Assembly: GCA_013239625.1 (NCBI GenBank)
Contig: MU054391.1
Location: 5,911,824-5,975,823 of the forward strand
Length of the DNA: 64,000 nucleotides
From: Lama guanicoe
Lineage: Eukaryota
Direction of reading: 5' to 3'
In this document: positions 49,825 through 60,415 of the stretch, piece by piece
How positions within the stretch are numbered: position 1 is the first letter of the stretch
Layout: each line of letters starts with the position of its first letter
Position numbers and translations under genes: made by a program
The notes under the pieces: model-generated
Database searches by the model: none
Seen by the model: only the letters and a program-made list of their open reading frames with translations
Told to the model about the DNA's origin: nothing

Positions 49825-50170
49825 TGTCATTTATTCAATAACATTCATCAAGGACATACTGGGATCCTGTGCTGGAAATGCAGCCATAAACACAGCTTGA
49901 TGGGTCCTGGTTCTCGTGAGCTTATATTCTAAAAAGAAAAACTTCAGAGACTGACAAGTGTTATGCAAAACATTAAAATAGGGTGGTGTGTTCATGAGTG
50001 ACCAAGCAGGTGACATGAGGCTGATGTCTGAATGAGGGGAGTGAGTCAGCCATGAAAGAGGTCAGGAGAAAGGGCATCTCAGGCCCTGAGAACAGCTACT
50101 GCAATGGCTCTAAGGGGGAGTCAGCATGTAATGGCCACAGAACAGAAAGAAGGACCAAGTGCTAAGCTAT
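49825..50170 (-). mobile_element. L2 3' fragment
   Basis: tcatttattcaataacatt...ctcgtgagcttatattcta...gtgagtcagccatgaaa...gaacagctactgcaatggc. Confidence 0.6.
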
Positions 50171-50448
50171 AAAGATATCGAGAATTAAACGCTACAACAA
50201 ACGTGTAAAACCTACAAGAAGAGTATTATAAAACCCAAATGGTGGTCTTTGAACAAAACCTTAAGATGTATACCATGTTCATGAATGGGAAGACATGGTA
50301 AGATATTATTTTCCCCCAAATAATCTATAAACTCAATGCAATTATAACTTAAAAATTCCATTATGTTTTTAGTTTATTTTAATTTGGAACTTGACATATA
50401 AATTATAAAATTCATCTAGACAAGTAACTTCAAGAATAGCCTAGAAAT

Positions 50449-50589
50449 AAATGTTATGGTAGCTCACAGAGAAAAAAATGTGACAATGAGTGTGTATATG
50501 TCCATGTATGACTGAAAAATTGTGCTGAACACTGGAATTTGACACAACATTGTAAAATGATTATAAATCAATAAAAAATGTTAAAAAAA
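50449..50589 (+). mobile_element. Young 5'-truncated lineage-specific L1 3' end
   Basis: 141-nt insert ending gacacaacattgtaaaatgattataaatcaataaaaaatgtt(A)n with perfect 17-bp TSD aagaatagcctagaaat (50432-50448, 50590-50606). Confidence 0.85.
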
Positions 50590-51044
50590 AAGAATAGCCT
50601 AGAAATGTTTGAATAAAAGAATATTAATGAGAGAGTCATACCCTAGAGACATAAAAAATCAATTATATAACAATAATAATTAAAAGAATATGGAGCAGGT
50701 CTGTGATAGATCAGTGAAACATAACTGAGAATCTAGAAATAGATCATGTAGCTATGGAAATTTAGTATTGTATTCTAAAGGATAAAGAAACATTTAGAAT
50801 TAGAATAGAAAGGATAGATGGATTATTCAGTAAGAATTTTAGAATAATTAGCTATCAATTTAAAAAAAAAGTTGAGCTTGGTCTCAGCCTTATTCAGCAG
50901 ATCGGAGATTAAAGTGTGAAAAACAGACTATCAATGTTCTATGAGAAAATGTATCTTCGTGTGGTGTTTGAGCAGGACAGCAAAACCAGAAACCAGAAAA
51001 GGAAAAGTTTAACAGTTTACCATACAAAAATTTGTAAACTTCTT

Positions 51045-51150
51045 GGGGGCAGGAATAGCTCAGCAGTATAGTGCATGTCTAGTCTGTTCGAGGTCTTGGG
51101 TTCAATCCCTAGTGCCTCTATAAAAAAGAAAATAAAGTTTAAAAAAAAAT
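51045..51150 (+). mobile_element. Vic-1-like SINE (short, diverged)
   Basis: gggggcaggaatagctcagcagtatagtgcatg...gaggtcttgggttcaatccctagtgcctc + A tail. Confidence 0.8.
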
Positions 51151-51302
51151 AAACTTTTGAATGGTAAAAGACACCGTAAATGATATTAAACAATAAACGA
51201 ACAAGCCACAGACTGGGGAAAAATATTTGCAAATTGTATATCCAACAAAGGACTTGGCATCCAAAATATAATAAGGAACGCTCTAAACTCAACAGTAAGA
51301 AA

Positions 51303-51372
51303 TAACCAAAAATGTCTCCAGACATTGCTGATGTCTCCTGGCATTCATCACCCCCAGTCAAGAGCCAATGAA
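51303..51372. mobile_element. MER20 terminal fragment
   Basis: aaccaaaaatgtctccagacattgc...cacccccagtcaagagccaatg. Confidence 0.7.
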
Positions 51373-52502
51373 TTCGAAAGGAACAAAAGACTTGAAGAGA
51401 CACTTCCATAAGAAGGAGACATGGACTGAAAATAAATGCACACGAAAAGATGTTCAATATGAGGAAAATATAAATTAAAGCTCTGATAATACAATGCCAC
51501 ATGCCTATTAGAACGGCTAAAATAATGAAACACGGGTAACACTAAGTGCTTGTGAGAAAGTGGAGCGATTGGAGCTCTCGTTCTTTGCTGGTGAGGCTGT
51601 AAATGGCACAACCACTCTGCACAAGCGTTTCTTGCAAAGTTAAACATATACTCACCACATGACCCAGCAATGACACCTCTGAGTATCTACCCCAGAGAAA
51701 TAAAAATGTATGTTCACACCAGAACCTGCACGCAAACATCTCTAACAGCTTGTGCTGCACTAGCTCAAACCTGGAGACAACCCAGATATCTTGCACCCAG
51801 TAGCTCATCCACACCATGGACACCGCTCGGTAACAAAAGGGAGTATAAACTACTGATCCACTCAGCAACCTGGAGCATCTCAAGGGCATTACATTGAGTG
51901 AAAAAAAGCCAATCTCCAAGGGTTACACACTGTGATTCCACTTATACCACATTTCTAAGTGACAAAATTGCAGGGATGGAGACCAGATTGGTGGTTGCGA
52001 GAAGTTGGAGCTGAGAGGGGGTGTGACTATTAAGAAATAGCACAGGGATTTTCTTTCTGGTGATGGGAGAGTTCTGCATCCTGATTTGGTTATGATTATT
52101 CAAATCTACACGTATGATAAAATTTCCAAGAACCGTGTATGCACATACACGTATGCACACACGCGAGTGCACATAGAAACTGGTGAAATCCAAATGAGGT
52201 TCGTAATTTACTTAATAGGATTGCAACAGTGTCAACTTCCTGATTTTAACAATCCACTGATGGTTATGTAAGATATTAAGGGAACCTAGGGGAAAGGTAC
52301 GCAGGAACTTTCTGTACTAATTTTGCAACTTCTTGTGTCTTAAATTCTTTCAAAATAAAGTTATAATTTAGGGGAAAAAAGGGGAAAAACACAAATGAAA
52401 AACCAGGAAATATAACCGCAACATATATAATAGAAAAAGAGGTACCATCCAAGCATAACATATAGAATTCCTATAAATCAGTACGAAAATAAATAGCTCA
52501 GT

Positions 52503-52643
52503 GGGAAGGGTATAGCTCAAGTGGTACAGCACATGCTTAGCATATACAAGGTCCGGGGTTCAATCCCCAGTACCTCTTCTAAGAACAAATAAATAAAAAT
52601 CTAATTGCCTCTCCACTAAAATTTTTAAAAAATAAAATAAAAT
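52503..52643 (+). mobile_element. Vic-1-like SINE
   Basis: gggaagggtatagctcaagtggtacagcacatgcttagc...gggttcaatccccagtacctc; 17-bp TSD aaaataaatagcYcaRt at 52486-52502 and 52644-52660. Confidence 0.9.
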
Positions 52644-53039
52644 AAAATAAATAGCCCAATCAATAAGTAGACAAATATCAGGAAACTCAGGGAAGAAATA
52701 TAAATGTTTGTATGTCCATATTCAATCTCACTCATAGTCAAATACATTTAGATTCAGACAAAGAAATGTAAGTCTCCATCCATGAAGACTGATGGTCAGG
52801 ATGCAGAGAAAAGGCCACTCCCAGACACTGCCAGCGACGGTGATTGGCCAACATGCTAACAGGCAGCTTGTTGGCACTTCTCTAAATTTCATACGTTTAC
52901 ACCATTCGACCAAGTAACTCTACTTCTAGGAAACACGAAGACGTCCACTGCAGCGTTGTTATAACAGTGAAAAACTGCAGCTGGCCTTCATGTTTATTAC
53001 AAGAGGCTCGTTAGACAAATTATACTAATGGCAACTTAT

Positions 53040-53240
53040 ATTTATTACTGCTTTTGATGTTCTGGGAAGTTTCATGAGTGTTTTACACGTAACAACTCAA
53101 ATTAATCCGCACAACCATCCTATGCAGTAGGTTCTAGATATGGTTATTATGCCTGTTTTACTACTGGGGAAACTGATGTTCATTAGCCAGTGGGGAAGCC
53201 GGGAGTCATAGTCTAGGTTTAAGACCTCTAAGCCATTCTG
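53040..53240 (-). mobile_element. MIR SINE remnant
   Basis: ttaatccgcacaaccatcctatgcagtagg...gcctgttttactactgggaaaactga. Confidence 0.6.
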
Positions 53241-55099
53241 TCCCTTCTTCCTCATTCTTTAATTCAACCAACCCACTCACCAGCACCGCCTCCTTCCTCC
53301 CCGTCCCCACGCTCAACCTGACGGCCTAGGAGGGCCCCTCGGACAGAATGGGCAATGCCTCGGAGCGATGAGGCAGCCCTACAACACACCAGCCACACCA
53401 GGCTGCAGAAAGTCGTCAAGGGGCCGCCTGGGACAGGCACGCGCTGCGCCACCGGCCTGTGGGAAGATGGCGCCCTTCAGCACGATGTCATCGGACCTGG
53501 CTTGTTAGGACGGGCCTCAGGTCAGAACGTCAGGGGACTGACGCGTCAGTGGGACTAGGAATTAGGCCAGGAGGCCCAGGGGCTTTGTTGAGACGCTTGG
53601 GCCGGGTTCTCCACTCGAGCCTGGCCCCGATTCGTGATGGCCAGGAGGTGCCCCAGGGCCCTCTGGCTGGGGTGCTAAGCGCTGCTTCTGCTTTGCTCAC
53701 CTGCACTGAGGAATTCTCTGGTGGTGGTGGGGAGGAGACAGAAGAGAGACGGGGAGAGAAGGAGCTGGAATAGTGACTCCAGGGCTGTGGGTAAGTGAGG
53801 ACCTGGAAACAAACCAAAATAGGAAACTAAGAAAAACACATTGGAGTAATGGAAGTTTTATATCCCAATGAACTAAGAGACGTCAGCTAGGCTCACTAAG
53901 TGGAAAGGACTGAACTAAATATCCTACCCCATTTAATCCTTAGGTTCAACCTGTGAGGTAGAAATTATCACGCCCATTTTATCAGTAAAGCAACAGGCTC
54001 AGAAATATCAAGTGACTTGTCCAAGGTCATCTCAGGTCACGTATTCAGACCTGAATCCAGTGTTGGTCCTTCTATTGCACTACAAGCACTGACATCTCGG
54101 AAATGAATCATCAGGGCTTTGTAGGGCTGGTTTTCCTAGGTTTTGCTTCTCTTTCTCCTAAAGTTATTATTTAGCTAAGGTGGTGGCTGGTGAGAGAAGC
54201 CTGGGGAGCTTCATCTCCGTGCTGGAGCTGACCACGCTGTTCCTCCCCCTCAGTCCCCTACTCACTCACTAACGGCAGGATTTGCGTCCCGTTAGCATAG
54301 GTCGCTATATGTCTACCAGTTCAGAATAACATTAAACATTAAAGCTGGCTGCACCCCCATTCCTCAACACACACACACCCCACTGTACTTAGAAGTCAAT
54401 ATTGCAGCCTCCTTATCCAGGGAAGAAAACTATTAGAGAAGAAATTATTCAGAAACAAGCCAACTGAAAGCTGAACTTGGTAAGGAAATAAATTAACCCT
54501 GAGCCTGCAAAATCATGGCCTTACGTTCTGACTTATTTGTCTCTTTTTCAAGTCAATCTGTGGGAAATCCCCTCCTTCAGACAAAGCCTGGGAGGGGCAG
54601 AAACATAGCCTTCAGGGGAGGGGACCCAGGCGAAGGAAGACCGGAGGAGGCCTGACAGAAGAGCAGGGAAAGGCCCTGCTGGGAGGAGGAAGGGAAAGAC
54701 AGGGCCCCCGCACAAGATGGTGTGCTTCCACAGGAGGAGATGTGGAGAGAGAGGTCCCTTGGCAAGCTTTCTGGGGTTCGCAGAGGGACTGGAGGGCACA
54801 GGGAGGCTGACCTAACCCCACCCTCAGCCCACTGCCTCGCTCCTGAAATCCCTCAGCTAACAAGTCACACTTGGGATGAAGTATGTTGTCTTCCTGCTCT
54901 CTGAGGATGCTTTTTCCTCAACAAAGGGCTCTGAGCACCCTGAAGGTCTGAAAAGGGAATGTCAAGTTCAGAAAGAGAAAGGAGACGCTCTGGAGCCACA
55001 CAGAGATTAGCTCAGTTTTGAGGAGGGTTGACCTTGCTTCCTAGTGGTTGGGAAACAAAAGAACTCCATGGAGGGAAGGGCTGATGGGTTGCAGAAAGG

Positions 55100-56125
55100 A
55101 AATCTCATAAACAAGCTGAGGGATAGCCACCCAGTGGAATATTACCCAGCTTTAAAAAGGAATGAAATTCTGACACAGGCTACAACATGGATGAACCTTG
55201 AAGACATTATGCTAAGTGAAACAAGCCAGACACAAAAGGACAAATATTGTAAGATTGCACTTGTATGAGGTCACATAGACAGAAACTAGAACAAGGTGCC
55301 TACAAGAATGGGAGGGAGGAATGGGGAGCTAGTGTTTCATGGGGACAGAGTTCCCATTTGGGATGATAAAAAGTTCTGGAGATGGATGGTGGTGATGGTT
55401 GCATGCTGTGAATGTGCTTAATGCCACTGAATTGCACACTTGAAAATGGTTCAAATGGTAAATTTTAGTGAATGTGTATTTTAGCATACCCACAAAAAAT
55501 TAGCTAAATCTAGTAAAGCTTTTAACTCTAACTTCCAGTTTACAGTAAATACAGGGATTAGAAGAACAAGTTAAATGACACTGAAGACACATCAGGCAAA
55601 CACAAACTGCAGGACATTCTACAAGAAAACTGGCCTAAACTTCAAGAAGTCAATGTCATGGGGGAAAAAAAAGTGGAGGAGTTGTTCAAATTAAGAGACT
55701 ACAAAGATACAATAACCAAATGTAATCCATCCATTTAATAGGATCCTGCATCAAAAATGAACAAACAAAAAAGGCATATTTGAAATGACTGGGAAAATTT
55801 GATTATGGGCTAGATATTAGGTGGTATTAGAGAACTAATGTTAGTTTTCTTAGGACTGAATATGGTATTGCAGTTATGTTAGAGAACGCCCTTATTTGTA
55901 GGAGCTGCATGTTGTAATATGCTGAAATATCTAGGAATGAGGTGTCCTATCTACACCTCGCTTTCCAATGATCCAGAAAAAACAAAAGCCTCACACACCA
56001 TAGAGGGGGAAAAAGCAAATATGGTAAAAGAGAAACAACAGTTGAATCCTAGGTGTTGGGTGAACACTGTAGAACTCTTTCCATTTTTCTGTGTGTTAAA
56101 AACATTCTTAATAAAAAGTTGGGAG
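55100..56125 (+). mobile_element. L1MB-like 3' end followed by an older L1 3' UTR remnant
   Basis: VEYYPALKRNEILTQATTWMNLEDIMLSE...KDKYC translation; aagttctggagatggatggtggtgatggttgc...aatgccactgaattgcacacttgaaaatggtt. Confidence 0.85.
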
Positions 56126-56149
56126 AGGAAATTTCTAGCTATGAAGTTT

Positions 56150-56312
56150 AAGGAGCTGTGTGACTTTGGGCAGTCTCCTTGCCTCTCAGGCCTTAGTCTC
56201 ATCCGAAGAACAGGGCTAAAAATACCTACCTCACACTGTCGTCTGGATTAAACGTGTAAATCACCTGGTCCAGGTGCCCAGTGGCTGGGGCGTTATCGGC
56301 ATTAGTATTATT
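56150..56312 (+). mobile_element. MIR SINE
   Basis: agctgtgtgactttgggcagtc...cctctcaggccttagtctcatc...aatacctacctcaca. Confidence 0.7.
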
Positions 56313-56399
56313 AGGACGGTCCCCAGCATGGTGACTGAATAGAGTGACCAGTGGCTTTGGGAAAATCACTTGAGCTCCTCGGGCCGCAGTGACTCTACC

Positions 56400-56820
56400 T
56401 GGGGGTGGGTGAGGGGCCCCTTAGAGGTCACCACACCGGCCCGCGAGCGACGGTGGACAGGAAATCACTCGGGGTCCGGCCGCCGGAAACGGGGGCGGGG
56501 CTTGCCGTGGCCGGGGCTGGAATCCCAAAACCCTGGATGAGCGCAGCCTCTCGGAAGTTGGGGGCGGGGCCTGTCTCACGGACCAATCGCGGAGTAGCTG
56601 TCAAAACGGGCGCCAGGGCGAAAATGGGACGATCCTGGGAGGATCCCAGCGCTCAGCGCTGGGCGGCTGTTGCGGCGTCCTGTCTTCCGGTGACTGGGCC
56701 GCCTGGTCGGGCCCGACCCTTCCCTCTCCGGTACGCGGACAAGAGAGGAGGCACTGCAGACCAGAAGCCTGGCCCGGCTGTCTCCACCCGGCCTGACCGC
56801 CCAGCAGAGCCACGTAGCCT
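56400..56820. promoter_or_regulatory. Second promoter-like CpG island about 2 kb upstream of RRM2
   Basis: GC boxes 56492-56501 and 56561-56570, ETS CGGAAGT 56552 and CTTCCGGT 56684, CCAAT 56583, E2F-like GGCGAAAA 56617-56624. Confidence 0.7.
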
Positions 56821-57879
56821 TCTGCCCCTGCTTCCTCCTTTGTAAAGTCAGAGCAGTAGAAACCCGATGTAGGGGAGGACAGGGCATGCCTGAATGACTC
56901 AGAGGTGGGAGGCGGTGAAGGGGAGGATGGGTGACTTTTCCCCCTTGCCTCGTGGCAGTTCAACAGAAAATAAAGTCATAGTTTCTGGTTATGCTTTATG
57001 GTTCCTGTACCTACAGGATATAATAGGAACTAAAGATAAAAAGCACATGGTGCCTGGGACAGCAATCCCAAGTATTTCAAATACTGATTACCCGAAACTG
57101 GCATGTGAATTGGGTATTAAAGGATACCAAGGAATTATTGATAATTTTGTGAGATGTGATAATGGCTTTATCAGATATAAAACTCCCAATAAAAACATCC
57201 ATTTCATGGAGCTGCATGCGTAAGTGAGGTGAAATTGATGTCTGAGGGTTGCTTTAAAACAAACGATCAAAGACCAACGTTTCAGTTGTTGCTTCGTCTA
57301 AGAGATGCGATTGTCATTGATCTTTCTTCTGAGACTTGAAACTACTTTAAATAGTATGCAGTACTTTAAGAAACAGACCTCGTTAGGGAGGGTATCTTCC
57401 CTACCCCCACCTATTTAAAGTAGCATATCTTGAAATCGAAAAATCGAGTCCCACTCAGTGACAGCCCTGACTGTGTGGAGCTGTTGGAGCTTTTCCTGGT
57501 TAATCATTTCTTGCCTGGATCTTAACACTTCTTTTTCTTCAATCATTTCTGGCGTTTTGCCACGTGCAAGGCAAAAGTCTATGGCAAATCTGAAAGACCG
57601 TGTACAAAGTAAAATGAAAACTGTTACAAAGTTCATGTCTCCACCCTCACCCCAATGGAGGTTTTCAACCCTCTCTTCAGGCTCTCTGATGCCCAATAAG
57701 CAGTAAATGAATTCCTAGTTCTTCAATCATTCTCTGAACTTTTTCTCAGGAATTTTTGCTCAGTTTGCAATTTTTAAAACAACGTTGTCACAGAGGACAG
57801 TGGTCTGACATCAGACACGATTTCTGTGGGAAACTGCATCAAAGGCCCTCTCTCTGTTATTAACTTGAAGGTTTACAAA

Positions 57880-58050
57880 GGACTTCGCATTTTACATGAA
57901 TTTTCTCATTTAATCTCATTTTATTAGTAATCCCACAGGTTAAGCATGGCTACAAGTCCCATTTTACCAAGGAGAGCGCCAAATTTCTAAGTCAAGGGAC
58001 CTGTCCCAGTGACACTGCAAATGCACCCTGAGATTCTGTAGCCCACAGGC
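57880..58050 (-). mobile_element. MIR SINE remnant
   Basis: tctcatttaatctca...gtcccattttaccaaggagagc...aagggacctgtccc. Confidence 0.55.
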
Positions 58051-58069
58051 CCTAACCATTAGGCAGTAC

Positions 58070-58701
58070 GGTCACCACCGATCACTCCACAAATCTGCCC
58101 GACCTCAGGGACCCTGCACTCCCACCCAGGTACACGTTATCTAAATCGTCGCAGCAACGCGTTTCTCTTGCGGCCAGGGGCGTTTTACAGGCATTTGCAC
58201 CAACCTCATTTGCAAAACCATTTGCCCGGAACCGCGAAACGGGTTCGAGAGACGTTTTCGGAGAGGTGTGGCTCTGTGGGGTGGGGAATCCTCTCCCGCT
58301 CTCGGGCGGGCTCCAATCGCGTTGCTTCATTCAATCCCAAACCGTTCCGGTACAAGCGAGTGCCCGCGCGCGCCAGGGCCACCAAGACGCTTAGGGGCTG
58401 CAGTCTTTGTCCGATGGGGCCCTCAGGGATCCCGGCAGTGGAGCCCCCAGCCCGTTCTGCGGCCCCCAGAGGCCTGGGAGGTGTAGGTCCCGCGAGGGTC
58501 CCTGGAGGGCAGGGGCGGAGGGTGCTCCCGCGCAGCGCTTGAATCTCCTACGTGAGGCGTGGCCAGCGGCCGACCTCCATCCAATGGGGAGGCGGCCACG
58601 CCCACCGCGCGCATCTCCGGGATGTGTTAAATTCCCGGCGGGGCAATGTAGGGGTTTCCAGGATCCGCGCGCAGCCTCACCTGTCCCAGCCGCACGCCGC
58701 C
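58070..58701 (+). promoter_or_regulatory. RRM2 proximal promoter / CpG island
   Basis: CpG-rich; CCAAT at 58313 and 58581, GC box near 58512, E2F TTTCGCGG (- strand, 58232-58239), TATA-variant GTTAAA followed by TTCCCGGC near 58626-58640; Kozak gccgccATG. Confidence 0.8.
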
Positions 58702-58809
58702 ATGCTCTCCGTCCGCGTCCCGCTCGCCACCATCGCGGACCCGCAGCAGCAGCAGCAGCTCCAGCTCTCGCCCCTGAAGGGGCTCAGCCTGGCAGACAAG
58801 GAGAACACA
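58702..58809 (+). CDS. RRM2: Ribonucleoside-diphosphate reductase subunit M2, exon 1
   Basis: gccgcc[39 protein letters not shown] (KEN box); donor gtgagc at 58810. Confidence 0.96.
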
Positions 58810-58894
58810 GTGAGCGCTCAGGGGCGCGGGTCCGGGTAGGGTGGCGGGGTCCTTGGGGACACGGGCATACTCCTCACCGCGGGTCTCTTTGCAG

Positions 58895-58969
58895 CCCCCT
58901 TCCCTCAGCGGGACCCGGGTGCTGGCCAGCAAGACCGCGAGGAGGATCTTCCAGGAGCCCACCGAGCCG
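58895..58969 (+). CDS. RRM2: RRM2 exon 2
   Basis: ttgcag acceptor; PPSLSGTRVLASKTARRIFQEPTEP; gtgagt donor; 75 nt. Confidence 0.96.
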
Positions 58970-59318
58970 GTGAGTAGGCGCCCTGGGGGCGCCCGGCGAG
59001 GGGGCGCTGCAGGAAGGCGGTGCCAGGAGGAGCCTGCTCTTGGCGCCAAAGCCTCATTGTCTCCGCTCAAACCCTACCCCCTCCCGGGCCCGCGCTCCTT
59101 TCCCGCCAAAGTGTCTCTTCCCGGTCATTTGCTACTTTACACATCTGAGTATTTCCTATTATTTCTCTCCTATGAGCCTGCTCTGTTACAAATAGAATAC
59201 ATGTATGACAGCTGACACACATGAAATTTCCGAAAATTAAATGTACTTTGCCTGAAAAAGGAGGCAATTTCCTGGATCACCCTATACTTAACATCTTCAT
59301 TACTTTACCCCCCAACAG

Positions 59319-59462
59319 AGCCCTAAGCTGCTTACCCCCAGCGTGGAGGATGAGCCACTTCTGAGAGAAAACCCCCGCCGCTTTGTCATCTTTCCTATCG
59401 AATATCATGATATTTGGCAAATGTATAAGAAAGCTGAGGCTTCCTTTTGGACAGCTGAGGAG
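59319..59462 (+). CDS. RRM2: RRM2 exon 3
   Basis: caacag acceptor; [48 protein letters not shown]; gtaatc donor; 144 nt. Confidence 0.95.
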
Positions 59463-59686
59463 GTAATCAGATTTGGGAACCAGGAGACCTAAAAGACAGT
59501 TTCAGCGTTGCCCCTAACTCTAAAGAAAGACCCCTGCAGTGGCGGATATTACTTGTTTGAAATATACTTTTCTTTCCTCTTGTTCCCAGTGGGAATCCCA
59601 CTGAGGATGTTAGATTTAAAGTTTAAGAATTATACCTACGTGTGAGGTCCTTATGCTCGAATCCCTTGTGAACTTCTGTACTTCAG

Positions 59687-59803
59687 GTGGATCTTTCTAA
59701 GGACATTCAGCACTGGGAGGCCCTGAAGCCTGAGGAGAGATATTTTATTTCACACGTTCTGGCATTCTTTGCAGCAAGTGATGGCATAGTAAATGAAAAC
59801 TTG
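59687..59803 (+). CDS. RRM2: RRM2 exon 4
   Basis: [43 protein letters not shown]; 117 nt. Confidence 0.97.
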
Positions 59804-60281
59804 GTGAGTTTCCAAAAAAAAAAAAAAAAAGTCTGCTTTTGGTCACTTCAAAGATTTAAGAGAGAACTTTCTTCATCTTTTGAGTTTTTTTCATGTTGAA
59901 TGTGTATATATCGGTAAGCTGGTATTTATATTGCACGGCACTTCCTGTTGTATAACATATTTTGCCGTTATTTCTTATGGTGTTTTTCCCCCAACTATAG
60001 GGAAATATAATGACAATGTTAAGTGATAGTAATAGATACACAACCCTTGTAGCTATGATATTTGCTCTCCTTTCTGTGGCTTTGCTGTTTTCATAATTTG
60101 GTTTCCTATGTCTTGTTGAGTGCATCCTTCTTGCAGTGAATTAGAAAAGAATGATTTTCTATTATATACATAGAAACAAACCTTCTAATGGTACCAAGGA
60201 GGAAGTGTGAGGCAACCAGTGTTCCCTGACTGAGCTGCTGCTGGTAGACTTTCCTTAAGCTGAATTTTGTTTTACCACCAG

Positions 60282-60415
60282 GTGGAGCGGTTTAGCCAAG
60301 AAGTTCAGATTACAGAAGCCCGTTGTTTCTATGGCTTCCAAATTGCCATGGAAAACATACATTCTGAAATGTATAGTCTCCTCATTGATACCTACATTAA
60401 AGATTCCAAAGAAAG
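60282..60415 (+). CDS. RRM2: RRM2 exon 5 (iron ligands ExxH and radical Tyr)
   Basis: [44 protein letters not shown](R); AG/GT; 134 nt. Confidence 0.97.

Larger units (their letters stand above)
50190..52375 (+). mobile_element. Old L1 (L1MC/L1ME-like) ORF2 end and 3' UTR, carrying nested younger insertions
   Basis: ataccatgttcatgaatgggaagac; agccacagactggggaaaaatatttgcaa; tgtaaatggcacaaccactctg; caccacatgacccagcaat; gtacgcaggaactttctgtactaattttgcaact. Confidence 0.8.

Noticed and set aside
58407..58973. 188-aa ORF overlapping the RRM2 start
   Set aside because: Alternative frame through promoter, exon 1 and intron 1 in a CpG island; not the RRM2 frame and no independent support.
59814..59830. 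A17 run just after the RRM2 exon 4 donor
   Set aside because: Simple homopolymer with no TSD or element body; relevant only as an oligo-dT internal priming artefact.
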